64,000 nucleotides of DNA from an uncultured Chloroflexia bacterium (GCA_963813535.1 CAWEZH010000002.1:32001-96000); one strand, 5' to 3'; positions 25,800-36,874 are shown, counted from the first letter of the stretch. A program made the numbers and translations. The notes: generated from the sequence alone by a model not told the origin.

Positions 25800-26858
25800 T
25801 TGATCCGCTACATCCGTCTCCTTGGTGCTGCGCTCGGCGGGCTCGTCGGGCTGGTGCTCGCCGGCATGGGCGAGGGTCTGTTCACGGACGCCGGCTACGC
25901 GGGTTTCCTGTTGGCCGCCTGGGTCGTCGCCTGGGTCGTGGTCGGCTTCGCGATCCTGCCGTACCTGACGCTGGTTCCGGCGACCTGGCTGATCTCGCAG
26001 GTCGAGGACCTGTCGACCGCCGAGTTCGTCACCGCGGTCATCGGCCTCACCCTCGGACTCCTGATGGGTCTCCTCCTCGGCGTCCCGCTCGCCAACCTCC
26101 CGCCTCCCTGGGGAGACGTGTTGCCCCTCGGGGTGTCGCTGTTCCTGGGTCTCGGGATGCTCGGTCTCACGGTCGCCAAGCGACGCGACCTCATCGTGGC
26201 CGCCCAATCGACCGGACTCCTCCGACGGGGCGATGACAGCAAGGGTCCCGAGCGGTCGGGCGACCCTCGGATCGTCGTCGACACGTCCGCCATCATCGAC
26301 GGGCGTATCGCCGAGATCGTCGAATCCGGCTTCATCTACGGCACGCTGGTCGTGCCTCGGTTCGTGCTCGATGAGCTCCAGCACATCGCCGACAGCTCCG
26401 ACACGCTGCGGCGCAACCGCGGCCGCCGCGGCCTCGAGATCCTGAACCGGATGCAGAAGGAGCCGGGCACGCCGGTGGAGATCGTCGAGGATGCCGTCCC
26501 GTCCGAATCGGAGGTCGATGCCAAGCTCGTGGCGCTCGCCCGGGCACGCAGCGGCGTCATCCTGACGAACGACTTCAACCTCAACCGCGTGGCCGAGCTG
26601 CAGGGTGTCCGCGTGATGAACATCAACTCGCTCGCGAACGCGGTGAAACCAGCCGTCCTGCCCGGCGAGGAGCTGCGGGTCCGCGTCATCCAGGAAGGCA
26701 AGGAGGCCGGGCAGGGCGTCGGCTTCCTCGACGACGGCACGATGATCGTCGTTGAGGGTGGCGCCCGGCATATCGACAAGGACCTCGATGTCGCGGTCAC
26801 GCGTGTCCTCCAGACCGTGGCCGGTCGGATGATCTTCGCGCAACCGCGACTCGAATAG
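25800..26858 (+). CDS. Membrane PIN/TRAM domain protein (YacL family)
   Basis: Four N-terminal TMs, DTSAIIDGRI, RGRRGL, TNDFNL.RVA, GVGFLDDGTM.VVE. Confidence 0.93.
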   Translation: MIRYIRLLGAALGGLVGLVLAGMGEGLFTDAGYAGFLLAAWVVAWVVVGFAILPYLTLVPATWLISQVEDLSTAEFVTAVIGLTLGLLMGLLLGVPLANLPPPWGDVLPLGVSLFLGLGMLGLTVAKRRDLIVAAQSTGLLRRGDDSKGPERSGDPRIVVDTSAIIDGRIAEIVESGFIYGTLVVPRFVLDELQHIADSSDTLRRNRGRRGLEILNRMQKEPGTPVEIVEDAVPSESEVDAKLVALARARSGVILTNDFNLNRVAELQGVRVMNINSLANAVKPAVLPGEELRVRVIQEGKEAGQGVGFLDDGTMIVVEGGARHIDKDLDVAVTRVLQTVAGRMIFAQPRLE

Positions 26859-26889
26859 CCCTCGGGCCGATGGCTCACAGGAGCGGACG

Positions 26890-28074
26890 GTGAGCGTGGC
26901 CGGCGGAGCCGACGCGATCGTCGTCGCCGCTGGTGCCTCGACGCGGATGGACGGCACCGACAAGCTGTTGGCGGTCCTCGGGGATCGGCCACTGCTGGCG
27001 CACGCGGTCGGTGTGCTGGCGGATAGCCCATCGGTCGACGCCATCGTGGTCGTCACCTCGCCCGAGCGACGGGATGCGCTCCTGGCCGGTGGCTGGGCCC
27101 CATCCGAGCGAACGACGTTCGTCGACGGAGGCGGGCGACGGCAGGATTCGGTGCGATCGGGGTTCGAGGCGCTGGAGCGGTTCAGACCGGATCCGGCCGG
27201 TGAGCGCGTCGTCCTGGTCCACGATGGCGCTCGCCCCGTCGTGTCCGCGACGCTGATCGCCGACGTCGTCGATGCCACGGAACGGCATGGTGCCGCGATC
27301 CCGGCGCTGTCCGTCGACGAGACGCTCAAACGGGTCGTCGATGGCCGCGTCATTGCCACGGTCGATCGGACCGGGATGGCGGTCGCCCAGACACCCCAGG
27401 GCGCACTGCGCCGCGTGTTCCGGGACGCGCTCGCGACACCGGAGGCCGGGAACGGCACATGGACCGACGAGGCCGCGCTGCTGGAGGCCTGTAGAATCGC
27501 GGTCCATGTCGTCCCGGGCGATCCCGCCAACCTCAAGGTGACGGTCCCCGCCGACCTCGATCGGGCCGCGTCGCTCATCGCCGGGCCGTCCGTGCGGCGG
27601 CGTACCGGGATCGGGCGAGATCTCCATCCGTTCGGCCCGGGCGGGCCACTACGTCTGGGCGGGATCGAGATCCCGGGTGCCCCCCGCCTGCACGGTCATT
27701 CCGACGGCGATGTCGCACTCCACGCCGTGGCCGATGCGCTGCTCGGCGCCGCCTCCCTCGGCGACCTCGGGCGGCTGTTCCCGGCAGGGCCCGAGACACC
27801 AACGGGCATCGACAGCGGGACGCTCGTTCGGTCCGTCGTCGTGCGGCTCCGCGAGGCCGGCTGGCGTCCGGCCGGTATCGACCTGACGATCGTGGCCGCA
27901 CGGCCGCGACTCGCCGCTCGGCTCGATACGATGCGAGACGCGATCGCGGTGATGCTCGACCTCCCGGTCGATGCCGTGAGCGTCAAGGCGTCGACGGGCA
28001 ATCTCGAGGGTGCCGAGGGCGCCGGGCGGTCGATCTCCGCGCTGGCCCTGGCGACGATCGAGGCTGGCGCGTGA
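26890..28074 (+). CDS. ispDF: Bifunctional IspD/IspF (MEP pathway)
   Basis: AAG.S.RM...K, VHDGARP, AQTPQ, TDEA, NLKVT; IspF G.G.DLH, GHSDGDV..HA..DALLGA. Confidence 0.92.
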   Translation: MSVAGGADAIVVAAGASTRMDGTDKLLAVLGDRPLLAHAVGVLADSPSVDAIVVVTSPERRDALLAGGWAPSERTTFVDGGGRRQDSVRSGFEALERFRPDPAGERVVLVHDGARPVVSATLIADVVDATERHGAAIPALSVDETLKRVVDGRVIATVDRTGMAVAQTPQGALRRVFRDALATPEAGNGTWTDEAALLEACRIAVHVVPGDPANLKVTVPADLDRAASLIAGPSVRRRTGIGRDLHPFGPGGPLRLGGIEIPGAPRLHGHSDGDVALHAVADALLGAASLGDLGRLFPAGPETPTGIDSGTLVRSVVVRLREAGWRPAGIDLTIVAARPRLAARLDTMRDAIAVMLDLPVDAVSVKASTGNLEGAEGAGRSISALALATIEAGA

Positions 28075-29489
28075 GCGAAGTGCGACTCCACGACACGCTG
28101 TCGGGCGAGACCCGCCCGCTCGTCCCGCTGCTCGACGACACGATCCGCATCTACTCTTGCGGTCCGACCGTGTACGGCCCGGCCCACATCGGCAACTTCC
28201 GCTCGTTCCTCTTCGCCGACCTGTTGGTCCGTCACCTGCGGTGGCGGGGGCATGCGGTGCGCTGGGTGATGAACATCACCGACATCGACGACAAGATCAT
28301 CCGCGGGGCCGCGGCAGCCGGGGAACCGATCGGTACCTTGACGGAGCGCTACCTGACCCGCTTCCTGGCAGATGCGGACACCCTCCGGATGACGCGACCC
28401 GACGTGATGCCGCGGGCGACGGAGCACATCGAGGAGATCGTCGGGCTCATCGAGACGCTCCTCGAGCGTGACCACGCCTACCGGACGGACGATGGCTCGA
28501 TCTTCTTCCGGATCTCGTCCTGGCCGGCCTACGGCCGCCTTGCCCGCCTGGATCCCGAGCAGCTCCGGGTCGGCGAGCGGGTCGAGGCGGACGAGTACGC
28601 AAAGGACGATGTCCGCGACTTCGCGCTCTGGAAGGGGCCGAAGCCGGATGAACCGTCGTGGTCGACACGGATCGGCGAGGGCCGGCCTGGCTGGCACATC
28701 GAGTGCTCGGCGATGAGCATCGCCCACCTCGGTCCATCATTCGATATCCACACCGGCGGCATCGACCTGATCTTCCCCCACCACGAGGACGAGATCGCCC
28801 AGAGCGAGGCGGCGACGGGGCGACCGTTCGTCCAGACCTGGCTCCACTGTGCGCACCTGCGCTCGAGCGGCTCGAAGATGGCCAAGTCGAGCGGCAACAT
28901 CGCGCGCGTGAGCGAGCTCCTCGAGGCCGGCGTTTCGCCGCGGGCCCTCCGCTACGCATTGCTCGCCGTCCACTATCGGGCGGGTCTCGATCACTCCGAC
29001 GAGTCGCTGGCGGCGGCCGGCGCCGCGCTGGATCGGCTCGACACGCTGGTCCTGACGCTCGAGGCCTATCGCGAGGACGGCTCGGGGGATCCGAGCCTCG
29101 ACGCGGCACTCGACGATGCTCGTGAGGCCTTCGGCCGCGCCCTCGATGACGACCTCAACATCTCGGCCGGCCTAGGCGCCGTGTTCGATCTCGTTCGCGA
29201 CCTCAACCGCAGGATCGAGGCACGCTCGATGTCGACCGACGACGCCGGACGCGCCCTCGCCGCGCTCCGGGATATCGACCTGGTGCTCGGCGTATTGGAC
29301 GAGCCCACCAGGGAAGGGCTCGATGACGAGCTGCAGGCGCTGCTCGACGAGCGCGCGGCCGCACGCGCCGCGCGCGATTGGGCAGCCTCGGACCGCCTGC
29401 GCGATGTCCTCGCCGAGCGAGGCGTGGCGGTCGAGGACACGCGCGACGGCCAACGCTGGCGGCGGATCCCGCAGCCGACCCGTGGCTGA
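28071..29489 (+). CDS. cysS: Cysteine--tRNA ligase
   Basis: CGPTVY, HIGN, GRPGWHIECS, GG.DL.FPHHEDE, KMAKS. Confidence 0.97.
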   Translation: MSEVRLHDTLSGETRPLVPLLDDTIRIYSCGPTVYGPAHIGNFRSFLFADLLVRHLRWRGHAVRWVMNITDIDDKIIRGAAAAGEPIGTLTERYLTRFLADADTLRMTRPDVMPRATEHIEEIVGLIETLLERDHAYRTDDGSIFFRISSWPAYGRLARLDPEQLRVGERVEADEYAKDDVRDFALWKGPKPDEPSWSTRIGEGRPGWHIECSAMSIAHLGPSFDIHTGGIDLIFPHHEDEIAQSEAATGRPFVQTWLHCAHLRSSGSKMAKSSGNIARVSELLEAGVSPRALRYALLAVHYRAGLDHSDESLAAAGAALDRLDTLVLTLEAYREDGSGDPSLDAALDDAREAFGRALDDDLNISAGLGAVFDLVRDLNRRIEARSMSTDDAGRALAALRDIDLVLGVLDEPTREGLDDELQALLDERAAARAARDWAASDRLRDVLAERGVAVEDTRDGQRWRRIPQPTRG

Positions 29490-31185
29490 CCGACCGCCGG
29501 AGGATCGAAAGAAGCCCAGCGGCCCTCGCCGAGGCGGCGGGCCGCGACGCGATGGCCCTCGCCCCGGCGGACCTCGGCCCGGTGGACCACCCCGCGACGG
29601 ACCGCGAGGTCACGGGCCGAAGCCCGGGCACGGGACCGATCGCCGGCCCGGCGGTCCGGGCGGGGGTCGCGGCCCACGCGACGAGCGGCCCTGGCAGGCG
29701 GGACCGGGCGACGGATCGAGGCGCCCGTGGACGCCGGGTCCGCGCCGGGACGCCGACGATCGGCCGCAAGGGCCACGCCGCTGGGAAGACCGCCCCCCGC
29801 GTCCCCCGGGATCGCGGCCGTCCGGACCGCGTCCACCGGGCCCTCGGCCGATGGATCGCGACGACCGTCCCTACGGATCCCGGCCGCGCCGCTACGACGC
29901 ACCGGGCGGTGACCGTCAGGGGCCGTCCGACCGTCGACCGCCGTTCACCGGAGATCGCCATCCGGACCGACGCCCGCCGGACCGACGCCCGCCGGACCGA
30001 CGACCGCCATACCGAGGCGACCGCTATCCCGCCCGGCCGCCCGGTGGCTTCGGGCAGCCGCCATCTCGGTTCCAGGCGCCGGCCCTGCCGCCGCCGGACG
30101 CGCTCGGTCCCGACGAGGAGCTGATCGCCGGTCGCCGTCCGGTCGAAGAGGCATTCGTCGCCCGACGGCCCGCCGTCCGGTTACTGGTCGTGCCGCAACG
30201 CCGGTCCGCACTCGAAAAGCTCGTGCTGCATGCGACGAACCTGCGGATCCCGATCGTCGAGGTGGAAGGGGGGTCGCTCACGGCACTCGCCGGCTTCGAT
30301 GGGCACCAGGGCATCGCCCTGGTCGTGGAGCCGCGTCGCTTCGCCGGTCTCGACGACATCCTCGCCCGTGCCTCGGAGCGAGGCGAGCCGCCGTTAATCC
30401 TCGTGCTCGATTCGCTCGAGGACCCGCACAACGTCGGGTCGCTGCTGCGCAGCGCCGAGGGAGCCGGGGTCCACGGGGTGATCTTCCCGACCCATCGCCA
30501 GGCGCCCCTGAGCCCGTCCGCCGTCAAGGCGTCGGCCGGCGCCGTCGAGCACCTGTTGCTGCACCCCGCCGACGACCTGGCCGGGACGCTGGCCGACCTC
30601 CACGCGCGTGGCGTGCGGATCGCCGGAGCCGATGGCGAGGCGCCACTGACGGCCCGCGAGACCGACCTTCGTGGCCCGCTCGCGATCGTCGTCGGCAGCG
30701 AGGGCAAGGGCCTTGGACCGGCCGTCCGACGTCGGTCGGACGTGTTCATGCGGATCCCGATGAAAGGCGCGGTCGGGTCGCTCAATGCCGCGGTCGCCGG
30801 CTCGATCCTGCTCTTCGAGGCCCTGGCGCAGCGCGAAGCGGCATCGCCTCAGGCGCCAGCCTCGGCCGAGCCTGCAGACGCCGGACCGTCAACGCCGACC
30901 GAAGCGCCCGGGACGTCCGTGCCCGCGCTCGCCGCGAAACCCCGAGCTCGTCGCACCAAGAAGACCGCGACCGAGGCGGCGACGGAGGCCGTCTCGGAAC
31001 CGACCGCGAAGCCACGCGCGTCCCGCACCAGGAAGACCGCGGCTGCCCCGTCGAGCGAACCGGCCGAGGAGGACCTGCTACCGGCGGATGCGGCGCCGAA
31101 GCCGGCTCGACGATCACGCCGGCCCAAGCCGGCAGCGCCGGCCGGCGATGCCGAGCCACCGGGGGAGGAGCCCCCGCACGCTTGA
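29482..31185 (+). CDS. rlmB: 23S rRNA Gm2251 methyltransferase RlmB with ~200-aa R/G/P/D-rich N-extension and ~115-aa C-extension
   Basis: GRRPVEEA, HQGI, DPHNVGSLLRSA, GSEGKGL, IPM.G.V.SLNAAVA; GTG overlapping the cysS stop. Confidence 0.9.
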   Translation: MADRPPEDRKKPSGPRRGGGPRRDGPRPGGPRPGGPPRDGPRGHGPKPGHGTDRRPGGPGGGRGPRDERPWQAGPGDGSRRPWTPGPRRDADDRPQGPRRWEDRPPRPPGSRPSGPRPPGPRPMDRDDRPYGSRPRRYDAPGGDRQGPSDRRPPFTGDRHPDRRPPDRRPPDRRPPYRGDRYPARPPGGFGQPPSRFQAPALPPPDALGPDEELIAGRRPVEEAFVARRPAVRLLVVPQRRSALEKLVLHATNLRIPIVEVEGGSLTALAGFDGHQGIALVVEPRRFAGLDDILARASERGEPPLILVLDSLEDPHNVGSLLRSAEGAGVHGVIFPTHRQAPLSPSAVKASAGAVEHLLLHPADDLAGTLADLHARGVRIAGADGEAPLTARETDLRGPLAIVVGSEGKGLGPAVRRRSDVFMRIPMKGAVGSLNAAVAGSILLFEALAQREAASPQAPASAEPADAGPSTPTEAPGTSVPALAAKPRARRTKKTATEAATEAVSEPTAKPRASRTRKTAAAPSSEPAEEDLLPADAAPKPARRSRRPKPAAPAGDAEPPGEEPPHA

Positions 31186-31211
31186 CCCATCAACCGGCTC
31201 GGCCCTATCAT
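31182..31211 (+). promoter_or_regulatory. Promoter of the tRNA-tuf operon
   Basis: TTGACC-18-TATCAT. Confidence 0.65.
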
Positions 31212-31258
31212 CTCTCGGCGCCGAATGGGTCATTCTGCGGTATGCCCCTGCCCGTCGC

Positions 31259-31334
31259 GCCGACGTAGCTCAATTGGTAGAGCAGCGGTTTTGTAAACCG
31301 CAGGTTCCGGGTTCGAGTCCCGTCGTCGGCTCCA
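31259..31334 (+). tRNA. tRNA-Thr(TGT)
   Basis: GCCGACG/CGTCGGC, GCGGT-TTTGTAA-ACCGC, CCA. Confidence 0.96.
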
Positions 31335-31401
31335 GAACACGTCCATCGGTGGTCGGATCCGCCACGGGGCCGCAGTCCCGATCCGGCACCGCAGCGTCAG
31401 T

Positions 31402-31486
31402 GGGTAGGTTGAGCAGGTGGTGAGCTCAGCTGGCTGTAGACCAGCCGCCTTCGGCTATGGGGGTTCGATTCCCTCCCTGCCCACCA
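31402..31486 (+). tRNA. tRNA-Tyr(GTA), atypical
   Basis: GGGTAGG/CCTGCCC, A73, GCTGG-CTGTAGA-CCAGC, long variable arm, GGTTCGATTCC, CCA; usual Thr-Tyr-Thr-tuf context. Confidence 0.9.
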
Positions 31487-31518
31487 ACATCGAGTAGCTA
31501 AGCCCCGATCGGTTCCGG

Positions 31519-31594
31519 GCCCACATAGCTCAGCTGGCAGAGCACTTCCTTGGTAAGGAAGAGGTCATCGGTTCAAGTCCGATTGTGGGCTCCA
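31519..31594 (+). tRNA. tRNA-Thr(GGT)
   Basis: GCCCACA/TGTGGGC, CTTCC-TTGGTAA-GGAAG, CCA. Confidence 0.96.
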
Positions 31595-31654
31595 TCGCCC
31601 GATCCATCCCCTGCGGCGTCGCCCGCACCATGATCTAAGGAGTTGACTGGTCCT

Positions 31655-32851
<1,197 letters not shown>

Positions 32852-32857
32852 GGACGC

Positions 32858-33022
32858 ATGGCACGAGTCGAGAACCGTCCGACGATCCAGCTCGCCTGCA
32901 CCGAGTGCAAGCAGCGGACCTACACCACGCGCAAGAACAAGAGGAACGATCCGAACCGGATCGAGCTGATGAAATACTGCCCGCGCGAGCGACGGCATAC
33001 ACTTCACCGCGAGGCGAAGTAG
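32858..33022 (+). CDS. rpmG: 50S ribosomal protein L33 (not in ORF track)
   Basis: [54 protein letters not shown]. Confidence 0.95.
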   Translation: MARVENRPTIQLACTECKQRTYTTRKNKRNDPNRIELMKYCPRERRHTLHREAK

Positions 33023-33042
33023 GCCGACGGCCTCGCCGCCGC

Positions 33043-33118
33043 AGGGGTGTAGCTCAATTGGCAGAGCACTGGTCTCCAAAACCAGCGGTTGTAGGTTCGA
33101 GTCCTATCGCCCCTGCCA
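33043..33118 (+). tRNA. tRNA-Trp(CCA)
   Basis: AGGGGTG/CGCCCCT, CTGGT-CTCCAAA-ACCAG, CCA end; upstream of secE. Confidence 0.96.
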
Positions 33119-33145
33119 GATACCCTGGGAGAGAAGAACCACGAC

Positions 33146-33340
33146 GTGAAGCGACTACGACGCTATTTCGCTGAGGTCTGGTCCGAGCTGAAGAAAGTCA
33201 GCTGGCCGACCCGAGAACAGGTGCGCAACCTGACCGTGCTGGTCTTCGCGATCAGCATCGTGATCGGGGTGTACATCAGCGTCCTCGATCGCGTGTTCGT
33301 CGGCCTGCTGAACCTGATCAGCCCCCCGACGGCGTCGTAG
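33146..33340 (+). CDS. secE: Preprotein translocase SecE
   Basis: ELKKVSWPT motif plus one TM. Confidence 0.95.
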   Translation: MKRLRRYFAEVWSELKKVSWPTREQVRNLTVLVFAISIVIGVYISVLDRVFVGLLNLISPPTAS

Positions 33341-33347
33341 GGACCCG

Positions 33348-33929
33348 ATGATGACCGACATGACCAGCACCACCGAGACCAAGGCGCCCGAGAAGCGGTG
33401 GTACATCATCCATACGTACTCGGGCTACGAGAACAAGGTGAAGACCAATCTCGAGCACCGCATCGAGTCGATGGGCATGGAGGACAAGATCTTCCAGGTC
33501 CTCGTCCCGATGGAGGACGAGATCGAGATCCGGCAGGGCCAGCGGCACACCGTCCAGAAGAAGGTGTACCCGGGCTATGTCCTGGTCGAGATGATCCTCG
33601 ATCCGGACAGCTGGTTCGTCGTCCGCAATACGCCGGGCGTCACCAGTTTCGTCGGCGGCGCCAACATCCCGGGCGTTCGCAGCGAGCCCATCCCGCTGAC
33701 CGAGACCGAGGTCAAGCAGATCCTGCGGCACATGGGCGTCGAGACGCCGAAGTACCGCGTCGCGTTCACCAAGGGCCAGAGCGTCCGGGTCACCGACGGG
33801 CCGTTCGCCGAGTTCATCGGGACGGTCGAGGAGATCAACCCGGAGCGCAACAAGGTCAAGGTCCTGGTGAGCATCTTCGGCCGCGAGACCCCGGTCGAGC
33901 TTGACTTCTTGCAAGTCGAGAAGTTGTAG
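33348..33929 (+). CDS. nusG: Transcription termination/antitermination factor NusG
   Basis: [40 protein letters not shown]. Confidence 0.97.
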   Translation: MMTDMTSTTETKAPEKRWYIIHTYSGYENKVKTNLEHRIESMGMEDKIFQVLVPMEDEIEIRQGQRHTVQKKVYPGYVLVEMILDPDSWFVVRNTPGVTSFVGGANIPGVRSEPIPLTETEVKQILRHMGVETPKYRVAFTKGQSVRVTDGPFAEFIGTVEEINPERNKVKVLVSIFGRETPVELDFLQVEKL

Positions 33930-33947
33930 AAAGGACCGCATCGCCCC

Positions 33948-34373
33948 GTGGCCAAGAAGATCCGCATCGTCCTGACCCTGCAGCTGCCCGCTGGCGCCGC
34001 CACCCCGGCGCCGCCCGTCGGCACCGCACTGGGTCCGCACGGCATCAACATCGTCGAGTTCACCAAGTCGTACAACGAGAAGACGCAGGACAAGCGCGGC
34101 CAGGTGATCCCCGCCCAGATCACGATCTTCGAGGATCGATCGTTCACGTTCATCCTCAAGACCCCGCCCGCTGCCGACCTGCTCCGCAAGGCGGCCGGCA
34201 TCGAGAAGGGATCGGGCCTGACCGGCACCGAGAACGTCGGCCGGGTCACGCGTGACCAGCTTCGCGAGATCGCCGGCGTGAAGATGACCGACCTCAACGC
34301 GAACGACATCGAGGCTGCCGCCAAGCAGATCGAAGGGACGGCTCGGTCCATGGGGATCGACGTCGTCGGCTGA
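33948..34373 (+). CDS. rplK: 50S ribosomal protein L11
   Basis: [18 protein letters not shown]. Confidence 0.97.
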   Translation: MAKKIRIVLTLQLPAGAATPAPPVGTALGPHGINIVEFTKSYNEKTQDKRGQVIPAQITIFEDRSFTFILKTPPAADLLRKAAGIEKGSGLTGTENVGRVTRDQLREIAGVKMTDLNANDIEAAAKQIEGTARSMGIDVVG

Positions 34374-34465
34374 TCCGTCAGCGCACGACGGTGACCTGAC
34401 CCCGGGCACCGCCGACAGACAGCAGGGGAAGGTCGGATGCGCCGACCGAACGAGGAGAACCACAC

Positions 34466-35173
34466 GTGGCACACCGAGGCAAGAAGTACCAGGAGGCGGC
34501 GAAGCTCGTCGACCGCGAGCGCGCCTACGAGCCGGCCGAAGCGGCGGAGCTCGTCAAGCAGACGACGACGGTCAATTTCGACGCGACCATCGAGGCGCAC
34601 ATCCGCGTCGGCGTCGATCCGCGTCATGCCGACCAGATGGTCCGCGGCACCGTCGTCCTGCCGAACGGCACGGGCAAGGTCGTCCGCGTGGTGGTGTTCG
34701 CGCAGGGTGAGAAGGCCCAGGAGGCGCTCCGCGCCGGCGCCGACGAGGTCGGCGGCGAGGACCTCGTCAAGAAGATCGAGGCCGGCTGGCTCGAGTTCGA
34801 CGTCGCGCTCGCGACACCCGATTCGATGGGCCTGGTCGGTCGACTCGGCAAGATCCTCGGTCGGCGCGGCCTCATGCCGAACCCCAAGGCGGGCACGATC
34901 ACCTTCGACCTCGAGCGAGCGATCAAGGAGGTCAAGGGCGGCCGCGTCGAATTCAAGGTCGACAAGGCCGCGATCATCCACGTCGCGGTCGGCAAGAGCA
35001 GCTTCGAGGCGGAGGCGCTGGTCGACAACCTGGCCGCCCTCGTCGATGCCGTGAACCGCGCCAAGCCCTCCGGTGCGAAGGGCCAGTACCTGCGCAACCT
35101 GACCATCACCAGCACGATGGGCCCGGGCATCCGGGTCGACGTGCCGGCCACCCTGGCGGCTGCGGTCGCCTGA
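34466..35173 (+). CDS. rplA: 50S ribosomal protein L1
   Basis: [27 protein letters not shown]. Confidence 0.97.
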   Translation: MAHRGKKYQEAAKLVDRERAYEPAEAAELVKQTTTVNFDATIEAHIRVGVDPRHADQMVRGTVVLPNGTGKVVRVVVFAQGEKAQEALRAGADEVGGEDLVKKIEAGWLEFDVALATPDSMGLVGRLGKILGRRGLMPNPKAGTITFDLERAIKEVKGGRVEFKVDKAAIIHVAVGKSSFEAEALVDNLAALVDAVNRAKPSGAKGQYLRNLTITSTMGPGIRVDVPATLAAAVA

Positions 35174-35248
35174 CCCCGCCGGCGGTTCGCCGGCACACGA
35201 GACGCGATGGCGGTCGAGAGATTGGCCATCTGACAAGACAAGACGGAC

Positions 35249-35380
35249 CGCCGCAGACAGCCTGCGTCCGACGTGCGCGACCGATGGGGTCGACGTGCGG
35301 GACTTGATCCGTCGGGCCGGACCGGCCACCGCTGGCATCAGCCAGCCAACGCCGGGGACGACGACGAGCACGCCGAGGCA
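35249..35380 (+). promoter_or_regulatory. Probable L10 leader core
   Basis: GCC-GCAGACA-GC (35250-35261) and GC-CGA-GGC (35372-35379) match the AGACAG...GCCGAGG pattern of L10 leaders upstream of rplJ. Confidence 0.6.
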
Positions 35381-35558
35381 GTCGGTGCCTCCACCGCATC
35401 GGTGGGTGCGCCCCTGCGAGCCGGGGTCGGCCTCCCTCGGGAGGTTGCCATGGGATCCGTCGCAGGGGACGTCCGGACACACGTCCGGTCGACCCACCGC
35501 CGCACGCCGGTCCGCGTGCTGAAGGAAGGGAGTACCGGCGAGTCAGCCGTTCCCAGAT

Positions 35559-35632
35559 CCAAGGCGGAGCCGAGCACCCGACCGAGCGCACCTTGAGGTG
35601 CGTGAGGGAGCGCGCGGAGGCGACAACGCGGG
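35559..35632 (+). repeat. 74-nt dispersed palindromic repeat, copy 2
   Basis: CCAAGGCGG.CCGAG..CGAGCGCACCTtgAGGTGCGTGAG..AGGCG.CAACGCGGG, ~80% identical by eye to the reverse complement of 5866..5939. Confidence 0.8.
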
Positions 35633-35670
35633 AGATGGGTGCGGATGACCGCCGCCCCGCTAGGAGGCAC

Positions 35671-36198
35671 ATGCCAACAGAGGCCAAAGAGGCGATGGTC
35701 GCCGAGCTTCGCGAGGAACTCGCGAAAGCCCGGACGATGATCGTGTCCGAATACCGCGGCCTCACGGTGAAGGAGATCGCCGAGATCCGGCGAGCCTTGA
35801 CGAAGCAGGACGTCAAGTACCGCGTCGTCAAGAACCGCCTGATGCGCATCGCCGCAGCCGACACGCTGGGCGACGCCCTCGACCCGCTCCTGACCGGCCC
35901 GACCGCCATCGCGTTCGGGACCGATGAGGCGGCGACGGCGAAGGCCGTCCTCGATGCCACCCGTCCGTACAACAAGATCGTGCGGATCACCGGCGGCATC
36001 CTCGGCGACCGGGCGATCGACGCTGACGCGGTCACCCGTCTTGCGGCCCTGCCCGCGCGCGAGGTGTTGCTGGCCAAGCTGGCCGGCGGCATGCAGGCGC
36101 CGGTCGGGACGCTGGCCAGCCTCTTCGCGGCGCCACTGCGCAACCTGGGCTACGCCCTCGCGCAGGTCGCCGAACAGAAGCGCCAGGCCGAGGCCTAG
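35671..36198 (+). CDS. rplJ: 50S ribosomal protein L10
   Basis: EYRGLTV, VVKNRL, L.GPTAIAF, LA.LP.RE.L; SD AGGAGG. Confidence 0.96.
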   Translation: MPTEAKEAMVAELREELAKARTMIVSEYRGLTVKEIAEIRRALTKQDVKYRVVKNRLMRIAAADTLGDALDPLLTGPTAIAFGTDEAATAKAVLDATRPYNKIVRITGGILGDRAIDADAVTRLAALPAREVLLAKLAGGMQAPVGTLASLFAAPLRNLGYALAQVAEQKRQAEA

Positions 36199-36239
36199 AC
36201 CCGCACCACGAGACCTACCAGACCGACAAGGAGATATCC

Positions 36240-36644
36240 ATGGCTACCGCCCCGTCCCAGGACGACCTGCTCGAAGCGATCGACAAGATGACCGTCCTCG
36301 AGCTTTCCGAGTTCATCAAGAAGTTCGAGGAGCGCTACGGCGTGACCGCGGCCGCTCCGGTCGCCGTCGCTGCTGCGCCCGCAGCGGCCGGTGGTGACGC
36401 CGGCGCGGGTGCCGCTGCCGCGGCCGAGGAACAGACCGAGTTCAGCGCCGTCCTGACCGAAGTCGGCCCGAACAAGATCCCCGTCATCAAGGTCGTCCGT
36501 GAGCTGACCGGCCTGGGCCTCAAGGAGGCCAAGGACCTGGTCGACGCCTCGCCGAAGCCCGTCAAGGAGGGTGTCGCGCGCGACGAAGCCGACAAGATCA
36601 AGGCTGCCCTCGAAGAGCAAGGCGCCAAGGTCGAGGTCAAGTAG
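36240..36644 (+). CDS. rplL: 50S ribosomal protein L7/L12
   Basis: MTVLELSE, Ala hinge, [17 protein letters not shown]. Confidence 0.97.
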   Translation: MATAPSQDDLLEAIDKMTVLELSEFIKKFEERYGVTAAAPVAVAAAPAAAGGDAGAGAAAAAEEQTEFSAVLTEVGPNKIPVIKVVRELTGLGLKEAKDLVDASPKPVKEGVARDEADKIKAALEEQGAKVEVK

Positions 36645-36846
36645 CGAGCGAGTTGGCCGGCGCTTGGGCGGCGCACCCGTGCGTTGCCCAGCCGGCACGA
36701 CCGCTCCGAGGGCCGAGGCGACGCTCTGCTAGCCATCGGCCCGAGGATTCGCCTTCGGCTGCGCTCGCCCGGCGCCGCGCGCCAGACCCAGCGCCGGCAA
36801 GGCAGGAAATCGGTCGTGGGACCCCCATAGCAGAATTCTGGAGGGT

Positions 36847-36874
36847 TTGACAAGATACGAAATCGCGGTATCCT
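36847..36874 (+). promoter_or_regulatory. rpoBC promoter
   Basis: TTGACA-16-TATCCT in a locally AT-richer stretch. Confidence 0.65.

Noticed and set aside
31402-31486. tRNA-Sec/Pyl or suppressor tRNA
   Set aside because: Anticodon is GTA with a 7-bp acceptor stem and A73 in the standard Thr-Tyr-Thr-tuf context.
34400-34465. Possible L1-binding autoregulatory site before rplA (GGTCGG/CCGACC hairpin)
   Set aside because: Plausible by position, but the L1 consensus could not be matched confidently by eye.
36650-36830. Hairpin-rich rplL-rpoB spacer containing GCGTTG and CAAGGC, a possible third copy of the 74-nt repeat
   Set aside because: It lacks the CGCACCT/AGGTGCG core and the motif order does not match; more likely terminator or attenuator structure.
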